Source: Oscillospiraceae bacterium (lineage in GTDB: Bacteria > Bacillota > Clostridia > Oscillospirales > CAG-272). From it: 64,000 bases of DNA. Under the pieces are notes generated by a model. It searched no databases, was not told the origin of the DNA, and saw nothing but the letters and a program-made list of their open reading frames with translations. Every line of letters starts with the position of its first letter. Position 1 is the first letter of the stretch. The stretch is from assembly GCA_015064255.1 (NCBI GenBank), contig SVSP01000003.1, positions 60,044 through 124,043 on the forward strand, given 5' to 3'. This document shows, piece after piece, positions 17,803 through 26,288 of the stretch. A program made the position numbers and the translations under genes.

Positions 17803-17856
17803 ATCGTTCGGAAGGTTTTGGAACTGATTTTTCACAGAAAGGTTTTAATTATCGTT

Positions 17857-19110
17857 ATGAGTACAAATAATAAAAAAGTTCAGCTCGCAATAATCGGAGG
17901 CGGTCCTGCAGGTATGAGTGCCGCAGTTGCCGCGCACGAAGCAGGCGTTCGTGATATCCTTATTCTTGAAAGAGACCAGCGTCTCGGCGGTATCCTTCCG
18001 CAGTGCATACACAACGGATTCGGTCTGCACCGCTTCGGAGAAGAGCTTACAGGTCCTGAATACGCACGTAGATATTCCGAGCTCGTAAGAAAGTACGAGA
18101 TCCCTTATATGCTTAACACAACCGTGCTTTCACTTACACGCGACAGAAAAATAACTGCCGTAAGCGAAAGCGAAGGCCTTTTCAATATCGAAGCAGATGC
18201 GGTTATACTCGCTATGGGTTGCCGCGAGCGTCCGAGAGGAGCGCTCAACATCGCAGGCAGCCGTCCCGCAGGAATATATTCCGCAGGAACTGCGCAGAAG
18301 TTTGTAAATATGAAGGGCTATCTCCCCGGCAAGTCGGTAGTTATACTCGGTTCGGGTGACATCGGTCTTATTATGGCAAGACGTATGACTCTTGAAGGCG
18401 CCGAGGTCAAAGCCGTATGTGAGCTTATGCCTTATTCGGGCGGTCTTGCAAGAAATATAGAGCAGTGTCTTAACGACTTCTCCATTCCGCTGAAATTTTC
18501 ACACACCGTCGTTAAAATTCACGGTGAAAAAAGACTTTCGGGCGTTACTATTGCCGCAGTTGACGAAAACCGCAGACCTATTGAGGGAAGCGAAGAGTTT
18601 ATCGAGTGTGACACACTTCTCCTCTCTGTCGGACTTATCCCCGAAAACGAGCTCACACGCGGTGCTGACATTGAGCTTGACAGCGTAACGGGCGGTGCAA
18701 AGGTTGACCAAAACCGTCAGACAGATGCCGAAGGAATATTTGCCTGCGGCAACGTCCTACACGTCCACGACCTCGTCGACTACGTATCCGAAGAGGCCGC
18801 GATTGCGGGAAAAGCAGCCGCCGACTTCATTTTCGGCAAAAAATCCGAAAAGATTTCGATAAAGCTCAACTGCGACGGAAAAGTAAGATATACAGTTCCC
18901 CGCGTCATCACCGAAGCAAAGGACGTAAACGTATATTTCCGCGTATCAAACGTATTCCGCGACAGCTATATCGTCGTAAAAGACGGCGAAAATGAAATAT
19001 TCAGACGCAAAAAGATAAAATTTGCGCCCGGCGAAATGGAAACAGTCAAGATCACCGAAGCTATGATAAAGAATGCAAAGGGCGATACCCTTTCCCTTTC
19101 TATAGAATAA
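17857..19110 (+). CDS. NAD(P)/FAD-dependent pyridine nucleotide-disulfide-type oxidoreductase
   Basis: Two dinucleotide folds, LAIIGGGPAGMSAA and VVILGSGDIGL, plus the GD motif CGNVLHVHDLVD. Starts at MSTNNKK. Confidence 0.8.
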   Translation: MSTNNKKVQLAIIGGGPAGMSAAVAAHEAGVRDILILERDQRLGGILPQCIHNGFGLHRFGEELTGPEYARRYSELVRKYEIPYMLNTTVLSLTRDRKITAVSESEGLFNIEADAVILAMGCRERPRGALNIAGSRPAGIYSAGTAQKFVNMKGYLPGKSVVILGSGDIGLIMARRMTLEGAEVKAVCELMPYSGGLARNIEQCLNDFSIPLKFSHTVVKIHGEKRLSGVTIAAVDENRRPIEGSEEFIECDTLLLSVGLIPENELTRGADIELDSVTGGAKVDQNRQTDAEGIFACGNVLHVHDLVDYVSEEAAIAGKAAADFIFGKKSEKISIKLNCDGKVRYTVPRVITEAKDVNVYFRVSNVFRDSYIVVKDGENEIFRRKKIKFAPGEMETVKITEAMIKNAKGDTLSLSIE

Positions 19111-19128
19111 ATCGGGAGGTAAGTAAAG

Positions 19129-19479
19129 ATGACAAGAAAGATCACGTGCATAATTTGTCCGCGCGGCTGTGAAATGACAGTCGATTACGAAGGCAAAAAA
19201 GTAAATTCGGTTAAAGGCAACGCCTGTCCGAGAGGTTCTGTATATGCAGAAAACGAGATACTATCTCCTGTAAGAACACTCACCTCAACAGTACTCTGCG
19301 AAGACGGAAGCGTTATTGCCGTCAAGACAGACAAACCTATTCCAAAAGAGCTTATTTTCGAATGTATGAAGGAAATAAACAAGGTACGTGTTCAAAAATC
19401 CGTATCTGCGCCCGACATTGTAATAGAAAACATTCTCGGCACCGGTGCAAACGTGATAATAACAGGCGGAGAGATATAA
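19129..19479 (+). CDS. DUF1667-family protein (third member of the conserved oxidoreductase trio)
   Basis: ITCIICPRGCEMTV..GNACPRG is the N-terminal Cys pattern typical of DUF1667. 116 aa. Confidence 0.8.
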   Translation: MTRKITCIICPRGCEMTVDYEGKKVNSVKGNACPRGSVYAENEILSPVRTLTSTVLCEDGSVIAVKTDKPIPKELIFECMKEINKVRVQKSVSAPDIVIENILGTGANVIITGGEI

Positions 19480-19506
19480 ACTCACAAACAATTATTTTAA
19501 AGGAGA

Positions 19507-21345
19507 ATGATTCCAATGATGCCTAACAAATCCAAAGTACGCTCCCTATTGTTGGTTGTATTACTTTTATTACTTTGTTTAACAATTCTACTATCAATAT
19601 TAATAATAATTAAGCAAAATGAAAATCTTACTGGTCCAGATTATATGATTGAGGAAAATTACGCCACAGAGTTCGATAAAAAAATAGGAGAATTAAAAAA
19701 GAAAATTTTATCAGACAAAAATATAGTACCATTTGACGGTGTATATGCAGTATATATTTCCTTAAGTAACACTATAGAACAGGCTCGTGTCTTTGTAGGT
19801 TCCGCACACTCTCTTTCATCAGCTTGGAACGATGCAGAAACAAAACTCAGGAATTATGTAAAAGAAAATTCGTACGACGCCGTTTGGTTAAAAGCAGAAT
19901 CTATTTCACGAGCCACTTGGATGAGTACAGAAGAATTATTTGTACGATATTCAAAAAATTACAATCTTATGTACAGAAAATGTCTGGCATTTGACAACAG
20001 CTTTGAGAATTTTATTCTTGAGGGAGAACTTATGTCAAATAATATAATTGATGTTGATAAAAATATCATTATGCTTGACAAACTTAACTCTTACTTTGAA
20101 TCTGTTGAACGTTCTACTGTTATAAAAACTTATCCTGCAGCTATAATCGCGTTTAACTGTAACGGATATTTTGCTGACGAAAATGCGGAAATTTATACAC
20201 TTTATTCAGATTCGTTAAACACAGGACGCCGTGTGTCTGATACGCCAGATGCTGACCAAACACTTGAAATGGTTTCATCCGCATCATCTTTTCTCGTCAA
20301 TTTACTTGACGGAAAAGGACGATTTATATACGGATATTATCCGACATCTGATTCTGAAATAGAAGATTATAACATACTTCGCCACGCAGGAACGATTTGG
20401 AGTATGATCTGTCAGTACAAAATCAATAAAAATCCTGATCTACCCGCAAAAATACGTCTTGCAATAGATTATATGCTTGCAGAATATACTGGAAAGACTG
20501 GCGGATACTACATCGAAATGAACGATACCACGTCCTTTATTGTAGAGCGTAAGGTGCCCGAAATAAAGCTCGGAGGAAACGCTGTCGCTATCGTTGCTCT
20601 TACTGAATATATCAATACCTTCGGTAAGGATGATGAATATTACGATCACTATGCAAATATTGTAACCCAACTTGCCAACGGAATTTTGTATGCACAGAAT
20701 GACGACGGAAGTTATAACCACATATTCAACATCAGTTTCGACAGAACCTCCGCTTACCGTACAGTTTACTACGACGGAGAAGCCACATTTGCATTATCAC
20801 GTGCATATTCCCTCACCAAAGATGCGAGATATCTTGCGGCTGCCGAAAAAGCTATTGAAATGTTTATTCGTGAGGACTATACCCAGTATCGAGATCACTG
20901 GGTAGCTTATGCACTCAACGAGGTAACCAAATATTCGCCCAAAGAGGAGTACTTTAATTTTGCACTTCGCAATGCATCTAACAGTCTTGATGTAATTTAC
21001 AATCAGAAAACAAGTTACCACACATATATGGAGCTTCTTATGGCTTCATTTGAACTTTATGATCGCATAATAACAGAAAACATCAAGGTAAGCGGTCTAA
21101 AGAATTTTGACATTCAGGCACTTATCGACACCATCTTTAAACGTGCGAACTATATGCTCAACTCGTATACTTATCCTGAACTTATTATGTATATGAAAAA
21201 TCCACAATCGATTTACGGAGCATTTTTTGTACGTCATGACGAGTTCCGTGTCCGTATAGATGATGTTCAACATTTCGTCGGTGGATATTATACTTATTAT
21301 GTAAACTACGAAAAGATCCTGTATTACAGAAATCTTGAAAAGTAA
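19507..21345 (+). CDS. Membrane-anchored hypothetical protein with a probable alpha/alpha-toroid C-terminal domain
   Basis: Leu-rich N-terminal TM helix. LYAQNDDGSYNH and LLDGKGRFIYGY resemble the QxxDG(G/S)(W/F/Y) repeats of prenyltransferase / terpene-cyclase-like toroids. AT-rich codon usage. The start could also be the ATG at 19516. Confidence 0.35.
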   Translation: MIPMMPNKSKVRSLLLVVLLLLLCLTILLSILIIIKQNENLTGPDYMIEENYATEFDKKIGELKKKILSDKNIVPFDGVYAVYISLSNTIEQARVFVGSAHSLSSAWNDAETKLRNYVKENSYDAVWLKAESISRATWMSTEELFVRYSKNYNLMYRKCLAFDNSFENFILEGELMSNNIIDVDKNIIMLDKLNSYFESVERSTVIKTYPAAIIAFNCNGYFADENAEIYTLYSDSLNTGRRVSDTPDADQTLEMVSSASSFLVNLLDGKGRFIYGYYPTSDSEIEDYNILRHAGTIWSMICQYKINKNPDLPAKIRLAIDYMLAEYTGKTGGYYIEMNDTTSFIVERKVPEIKLGGNAVAIVALTEYINTFGKDDEYYDHYANIVTQLANGILYAQNDDGSYNHIFNISFDRTSAYRTVYYDGEATFALSRAYSLTKDARYLAAAEKAIEMFIREDYTQYRDHWVAYALNEVTKYSPKEEYFNFALRNASNSLDVIYNQKTSYHTYMELLMASFELYDRIITENIKVSGLKNFDIQALIDTIFKRANYMLNSYTYPELIMYMKNPQSIYGAFFVRHDEFRVRIDDVQHFVGGYYTYYVNYEKILYYRNLEK

Positions 21346-21358
21346 AGTACAACAAATA

Positions 21359-21408
21359 TAAACAAACAACTTTGGGATATCCAAGTTGTTTGTTTATTCT
21401 GTTTTTCT
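21359..21408 (+). terminator. Intrinsic terminator after the 612-aa ORF
   Basis: AAACAAACAACTT-loop-AAGTTGTTTGTTT followed by ATTCTGTTTTTCTT. Confidence 0.8.
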
Positions 21409-21551
21409 TCGGTAGATTATGAACATTTTTGCAAACAGCAAACTTTTTCAAAATCATCTGCGATAATTAAGCAAAAAATATCATCTTCATATGCAAAAAG
21501 ATATAACAAGGTATATTATGGCAATCTCAAATTTTCGAAAGGTATAAACAT

Positions 21552-23552
21552 ATGAAAAAAACTTTCGCTCTATGTATAATACTAACACTCATATTAACTG
21601 CTTTTATAGTTTTTGCACTTCCCGCAAATGCTAAAACATACAGTGGTACTTGCGGAGATAGTATAACGTGGACGCTGGATATGCAGACATACCATCTTGC
21701 TATTAATGGAAGCGGTAATATGTACGATTACAGTTACGGTACTGCACCGTGGTACAAATGGAAAAAATACATTAAAAGCGCATCCGTTTCAGAGAATATA
21801 ACACGAATCGGAGAATTTGCTTTTTATGAATGTAGCAAGCTTAATACAATCACCATGCCGTCTACTTTAACTTACATTGGTTACAAAGCCTTCTATGACT
21901 GTGACAAGTTATCAACGCTCAATATTGCCAATGTTGATTCGTGGTTTAATATAAAATTTCAAGACCGAAGTTCCAACCCGCTTTATTACACAAACTATTT
22001 TTATGTCAACGGTAAAAAAATAACTGATATACTTGTTCCCGATCAAGTTACCGCCATCAATGACTATGCTTTTACAAAATGCTACGCAAATATAACTCTT
22101 AATTCAAATATAACCAGTTTCGGTATGTACTGTTTCGATCAATGCAAAAATCTAACGTCAGTTTCTTTTAACAAAAAACTTACTACGATTGCTTGCGGTG
22201 CTTTTTCCTACTGCACTAATCTTTCTGAGGTAACTATTCCGGACAGCGTAACAACTATTGAATCCGATGCATTCAGAAACTGCACCAAAATCAGCAAAAT
22301 AATTCTTCCGAGCGAAATAAGAGCCATAGAAGAACAAGCGTTTTCAGGATGCACGTCGCTTGCTGGCATAGACCTACCTGAAGGATTAGAATATATTGGA
22401 GTTTCAGCATTTAGCGGGTGCGTAGCTTTAAAGGAAATTACAATACCGAGTAGCGTATCATATATCTCGAGCTACGCATTTTACGGCTGTTCACGACTAA
22501 AAAGTGTTGAAATAAAGGAAGGCGCAACAAAGATCGGAGAATTTGCTTTTTCTCACTGCACCAAGCTCGAAACTATCGCCATACCTTCAAGTGTAATTCA
22601 AATATATGATTCTGCTTTTTCCGATTGCTCGATGCTAAAAAAAATAGTATTTCCAGACAGTATTGAACTATTGGGCAGAGCTACTTTAGCACGCTGTTCT
22701 TCATTAAAAAGCGTTACACTTCCGAAAAATCTCATACAAATAGAATACAATCTCTTTGCAGACTGTACATCCCTTTCGGAAATAATCATTCCCGAACAGA
22801 TCAAATCTATTGGCGAAACCGCATTTAAAAATTGCAAATCACTCAAAAATATAACTATTCCTAACAAAGTAACGCGAATAGGTAAAAACGCTTTTGAAAA
22901 TTGCTATTCACTCGCTACTCTGATTATTCCCGACAGTGTGGAAGAGTTAGGAAACAGCTTTATACTAAACTGCGATTCGCTGAAAACTATATATATAGGA
23001 AAAAAAGTTGAAACTATATCAAGTTATACTTTCTGCGGTTCTTACGTCATTGACGAAGTGTATTTAAGGTCTCCTCACGTTGCCGAGCTTTTAGGTAAAA
23101 CGGATTATGACTTTGAAATAATACTTTCAGCTAAAATACTTCTTACAGATATAGCAAAGTCGGAATTTGATGAAACAGTTATCAAAGAATATCCTTACAG
23201 TCACAGCGTAGTTATAGACAATATAAGCTATACCGAGTACACACGCGTTACAGAATACTCATACAGACATAGGTATACCGAAAAGTTTGTCTTTGATGAA
23301 AACATTCACTGGCTTGAATGTGACGAGTGTGGCACAAAAAAAGATACAGGAAATCACGCTTGGAACAAAGAATTTTCAGATAGCTTTTTCGTAATCATAC
23401 AAACAAGAAAATGCGAGGTATGTTCCGCATCCGAAGTAAATTACGGTTCTACGTTCTACATACTATCTTCGCTTGTTTTCATGATTATCGTTGCCGCAAT
23501 TATTTTCTCGATAGTTTCCGAGCATAAGAAAAAGAAAAAAGAAGATTTTTAG
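21552..23552 (+). CDS. BspA-type leucine-rich-repeat surface protein with signal peptide and C-terminal TM anchor
   Basis: Signal peptide ending ALPANA. About 17 repeats of the form I(T/P)xSVxxIGxxAFxxCxxL. CxxC..CxxC cluster (aa 590-624). Hydrophobic helix plus a KKKKK stop-transfer. Confidence 0.85.
   Translation: MKKTFALCIILTLILTAFIVFALPANAKTYSGTCGDSITWTLDMQTYHLAINGSGNMYDYSYGTAPWYKWKKYIKSASVSENITRIGEFAFYECSKLNTITMPSTLTYIGYKAFYDCDKLSTLNIANVDSWFNIKFQDRSSNPLYYTNYFYVNGKKITDILVPDQVTAINDYAFTKCYANITLNSNITSFGMYCFDQCKNLTSVSFNKKLTTIACGAFSYCTNLSEVTIPDSVTTIESDAFRNCTKISKIILPSEIRAIEEQAFSGCTSLAGIDLPEGLEYIGVSAFSGCVALKEITIPSSVSYISSYAFYGCSRLKSVEIKEGATKIGEFAFSHCTKLETIAIPSSVIQIYDSAFSDCSMLKKIVFPDSIELLGRATLARCSSLKSVTLPKNLIQIEYNLFADCTSLSEIIIPEQIKSIGETAFKNCKSLKNITIPNKVTRIGKNAFENCYSLATLIIPDSVEELGNSFILNCDSLKTIYIGKKVETISSYTFCGSYVIDEVYLRSPHVAELLGKTDYDFEIILSAKILLTDIAKSEFDETVIKEYPYSHSVVIDNISYTEYTRVTEYSYRHRYTEKFVFDENIHWLECDECGTKKDTGNHAWNKEFSDSFFVIIQTRKCEVCSASEVNYGSTFYILSSLVFMIIVAAIIFSIVSEHKKKKKEDF
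21783..23066 (+). repeat. Coding tandem repeats: LRR_5 / BspA-type units of about 23-25 aa
   Basis: Recurrent xIGxxAFxxCxxLxx(I/V)xIPxSV strings across aa 78-505. Confidence 0.75.
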
Positions 23553-23582
23553 GGACTTATTTTAATGTATTCTTTCTAAAAC

Positions 23583-23622
23583 AAAAAAGAGCAGAGCTTT
23601 TTAGCTCTGCTCTTACTTTATT
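23583..23622. terminator. Bidirectional intrinsic terminator between the convergent LRR gene and thrS
   Basis: AAGAGCAGAGCT-TTTT-AGCTCTGCTCTT: a perfect 12-bp stem flanked by an A run upstream and a T-rich stretch downstream. Confidence 0.8.
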
Positions 23623-23637
23623 AAAAGTCAATAAGAA

Positions 23638-25563
23638 TTACTTCGCCTTTGTTCTGATTTCTTCAAGTGCCATATTTACGAAATCGTCTATCGGCATAGC
23701 GCCCATATCGAGCGCCTTACGAGAACGAACGGCAACCGTTCCCTCTTCGACTTCCTTTGCGCCGAGAACGAGCATATAAGGGATCTTTGCAAGCTGTGCT
23801 TCGCGGATCTTGTATCCTATCTTTTCGTTTCTTTCGTCAAGCTCTACGCGCATACCGAGCGATGTGAGCTTATCGTAAAGTGCTTCTGCAGCTTCGTGCT
23901 GTTCGCCGCCTATGGGAAGGATCTTCGCCTGTACGGGGGCGAGCCAAAGCGGGAATGCTCCTGCATATTTTTCGATAAGAAGTGCAAGTGTACGCTCGTA
24001 GCATCCGATAGAAGTTCTGTGAATGATATAGGGATGCTTCTTTGTACCATCACGGTCAACGTATTCCATACCGAACTTTTCTGCGAGCATCTGGTCGATC
24101 TGAATTGTGATAAGTGTATCTTCCTTACCGTGAACGTTCTTTATCTGAATGTCGAGCTTCGGTCCGTAGAATGCCGCTTCGCCGATACCGATCTTATAGG
24201 GAATTTCAAGGTGATCGAGAATTCTCGCCATCATACCCTGTGCTTCTTCCCACTGTTCTGTTGTACCTATATACTTTTCGCGGTCAGAAGGATCCCACTG
24301 CGAGAATCTGTAAGAAACGTCCTCATAAAGTCCGAGAGTCTTAAGCATAAATATCGCGAGCTCAAGACAGCCCTTGAATTCGTCCTCAAGCTGTTCAGGA
24401 GTACACATAAGGTGTCCTTCGGAAATTGTGAACTGACGTACGCGGATAAGACCGTGCATTTCGCCCGATGCTTCATTTCTGAAGAGTGTAGATGTTTCGT
24501 TATAGCGGAGGGGGAGATCGCGGTAAGATCTACCCTTGTTAAGATATGCCTGATACTGGAAGGGGCAGGTCATAGGACGAAGCGCCATACATTCCTTGTC
24601 TTCGGGATCGCCGAGCACGAACATTCCGTCAAGATAGTGATCCCAGTGTCCCGAAACCTTATACAGGTCGGACTTTGCCATATACGGAGTCTTTGTGAGA
24701 AGCCATCCGCGCTTCTGCTCTTCGTCTTCAACGAATCTCTGAAGAGTCTGTATCATTCTTGCGCCCTTAGGAAGCATTATCGGGAGTCCCTGACCGATAA
24801 GATCTGACGTTGTGAAGAGTTCGAGTTCTCTGCCAAGCTTATTATGGTCGCGCTTCTTTGCATCTTCAACGCGTGCAATATATTCTTCCATATCAGCCTT
24901 ATTCGGATATGCTATACCGTAAATTCTCTGAAGCATCTTGTTTTCAGACTTTCCTTCCCAGTACGCGCCCGTGCACTGTGTAAGCTTGAACGCTTTTACC
25001 GCACCTGTGCTGAAAAGGTGAGGGCCTGCGCAAAGGTCAACAAATTCGCCCTGACGGTAGAAGGAGATATCTTCGCCTTCGGGAATTCTTGCGATAAGAA
25101 GCACCTTGTACGGTTCGTTCTTCTCTTCCATAAGCTTTATTGCTTCATCTCTGGGGAGCAAAAATCTTTCGATCTTAAGGTTTTCCTTAACGATCTTCTT
25201 CATTTCACCTTCGATCTTTGCAAGAATTTCGGGAGTGAAGGAAATATCGCTGTCAAAGTCATAATAAAATCCGTCGTCAACTGCCGGACCTATCGTGAGC
25301 TTTGCTTCGGGATAGAGTCTTTTTACTGCCTGTGCCATAATGTGTGACGCTGTGTGACGGAATACTGTCTTTCCTTCCGCATCGTCAAACGTAAGCGGAA
25401 CGATTTCGGCATCGGCGTTAAGAGGTGCTGTAAGCTCACAAACCTCACCGTTTACCTTTGCCGCAAGCACCTTATTATTTGATGCTTCCGCAGCTCTAAG
25501 CGCCTCATAAACTGTTACGGGAGCTTCAAGTTCGATTTCTTTGTCTAAAATCTTGAATTTCAT
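23638..25563 (-). CDS. thrS: Threonine--tRNA ligase
   Basis: 641 aa. TGS/editing N terminus (HTASHIMAQAVKRLYP), class II core (RVRQFTISEGH, FYGPKLD, HRTSIGCYER) and a C-terminal anticodon-binding domain. Confidence 0.95.
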   Translation of the reverse strand: MKFKILDKEIELEAPVTVYEALRAAEASNNKVLAAKVNGEVCELTAPLNADAEIVPLTFDDAEGKTVFRHTASHIMAQAVKRLYPEAKLTIGPAVDDGFYYDFDSDISFTPEILAKIEGEMKKIVKENLKIERFLLPRDEAIKLMEEKNEPYKVLLIARIPEGEDISFYRQGEFVDLCAGPHLFSTGAVKAFKLTQCTGAYWEGKSENKMLQRIYGIAYPNKADMEEYIARVEDAKKRDHNKLGRELELFTTSDLIGQGLPIMLPKGARMIQTLQRFVEDEEQKRGWLLTKTPYMAKSDLYKVSGHWDHYLDGMFVLGDPEDKECMALRPMTCPFQYQAYLNKGRSYRDLPLRYNETSTLFRNEASGEMHGLIRVRQFTISEGHLMCTPEQLEDEFKGCLELAIFMLKTLGLYEDVSYRFSQWDPSDREKYIGTTEQWEEAQGMMARILDHLEIPYKIGIGEAAFYGPKLDIQIKNVHGKEDTLITIQIDQMLAEKFGMEYVDRDGTKKHPYIIHRTSIGCYERTLALLIEKYAGAFPLWLAPVQAKILPIGGEQHEAAEALYDKLTSLGMRVELDERNEKIGYKIREAQLAKIPYMLVLGAKEVEEGTVAVRSRKALDMGAMPIDDFVNMALEEIRTKAK

Positions 25564-25574
25564 TTTTTTCTCCT

Positions 25575-25818
25575 AAATATATAATCTTTATTTTATTTAA
25601 AACAAAACACACCTCGGACAAAAATTTGTCCGGGGTGTGGATAAAACATAATGATCCGCACGGTTCCACCCGAGCTTTAACTCAAAAATATTAAGTTTCA
25701 AACACACGGTGGTAGCGCAAAGCTTTCGACATCGTCTTTTCAGCTTCCGACGACTCTCTGTGGACGGCAAGGGTTTTGCGTGTTTGTCCGTATGCTTTTC
25801 TGCACTTGCAGAAATATT
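25575..25818 (-). promoter_or_regulatory. T-box riboswitch leader (Thr, ACC specifier) controlling thrS
   Basis: Minus strand: stem I base CAAACACGC / GTGTGTTTG, AGAGAG box, specifier-side loop GCGCUACCACC, and T-box motif AAAGCUCGGGUGGAACCGUGCGG (25657-25680). Terminator CACACCCCGGACA-loop-UGUCCGAGGUGUG plus UUUUGUUUU (25599-25639), whose 5' arm can alternatively pair with the T-box. Confidence 0.85.
25599..25639 (-). terminator. T-box attenuator terminator
   Basis: A 13-bp GC-rich stem followed by TTTTGTTTT on the minus strand, 35 nt before the thrS RBS. Confidence 0.85.
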
Positions 25819-25824
25819 GTATCT

Positions 25825-25853
25825 ATTATACGCCCAAAATTCTCTTTTGTCAA
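25825..25853 (-). promoter_or_regulatory. Perfect-consensus sigma-A promoter of thrS
   Basis: Minus strand: TTGACA (25853-25848), 17-nt spacer, TATAAT (25830-25825). Confidence 0.75.
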
Positions 25854-26178
25854 GAGGAAAGTGAGGGTGATTATAAAAAGTTTTTGTGCGATGAGAAGGT
25901 TAGGACATACGACACCCACGGTAGGGGATGAGCTTGCTCCTCCCGACTTCGATATATTTATATTTGTTGGATGAGGGAATTTGTACCGTGCAAACACACA
26001 AAAAACGCGTTTGTGAGTTTTTTGGTTCATTTCTGTGTCGACAGAAATGAACCAAAGAACGACTTAAGGACAGGAAGGGAGATTGCGATTTCTCCCTTCC
26101 TATCCTTAAGAATCCAACCAACCCTTTAAAGCGCTTTGGTGCTATGCGTAACTTTTATTATCTTATAAATTTTTATAA

Positions 26179-26262
26179 CCTCAAACTGCACCCTTCGAAT
26201 TAAGTTTTCCCCTTTATCAAAGTTTTTGAAGTTCTTAGAAACTTTTTTCAAAAAGTTCTTTG
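26179..26262 (-). repeat. Intergenic repeat family copy 2 (inverted; core 26240-26257)
   Basis: The reverse complement reads AACTTTTTGAAAAAAGTT..CTTCAAAAACTTTGATAAAGGGGAAAACTTAATTCGAAGGGTGCAGTTTGAGG, colinear with the copies at 31.1 kb. Confidence 0.75.
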
Positions 26263-26288
26263 GCAGGTTCCAAGGACGGCGTCCTTGG

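Noticed and set aside
19480-23582. The AT-rich islet as a prophage remnant, IS or integrative element.
   Set aside because: There are no integrase, transposase, phage or conjugation genes, no tRNA target and no flanking direct or inverted repeats that I could find. I keep it only as a compositional islet.
26185-26205. A tRNA T-arm-like string CCCTTCGAATTAAG in the mutL-thrS gap.
   Set aside because: No acceptor, D or anticodon arms can be built around it. The same string is part of the repeat-family tail (ACTTAATTCGAAGG).
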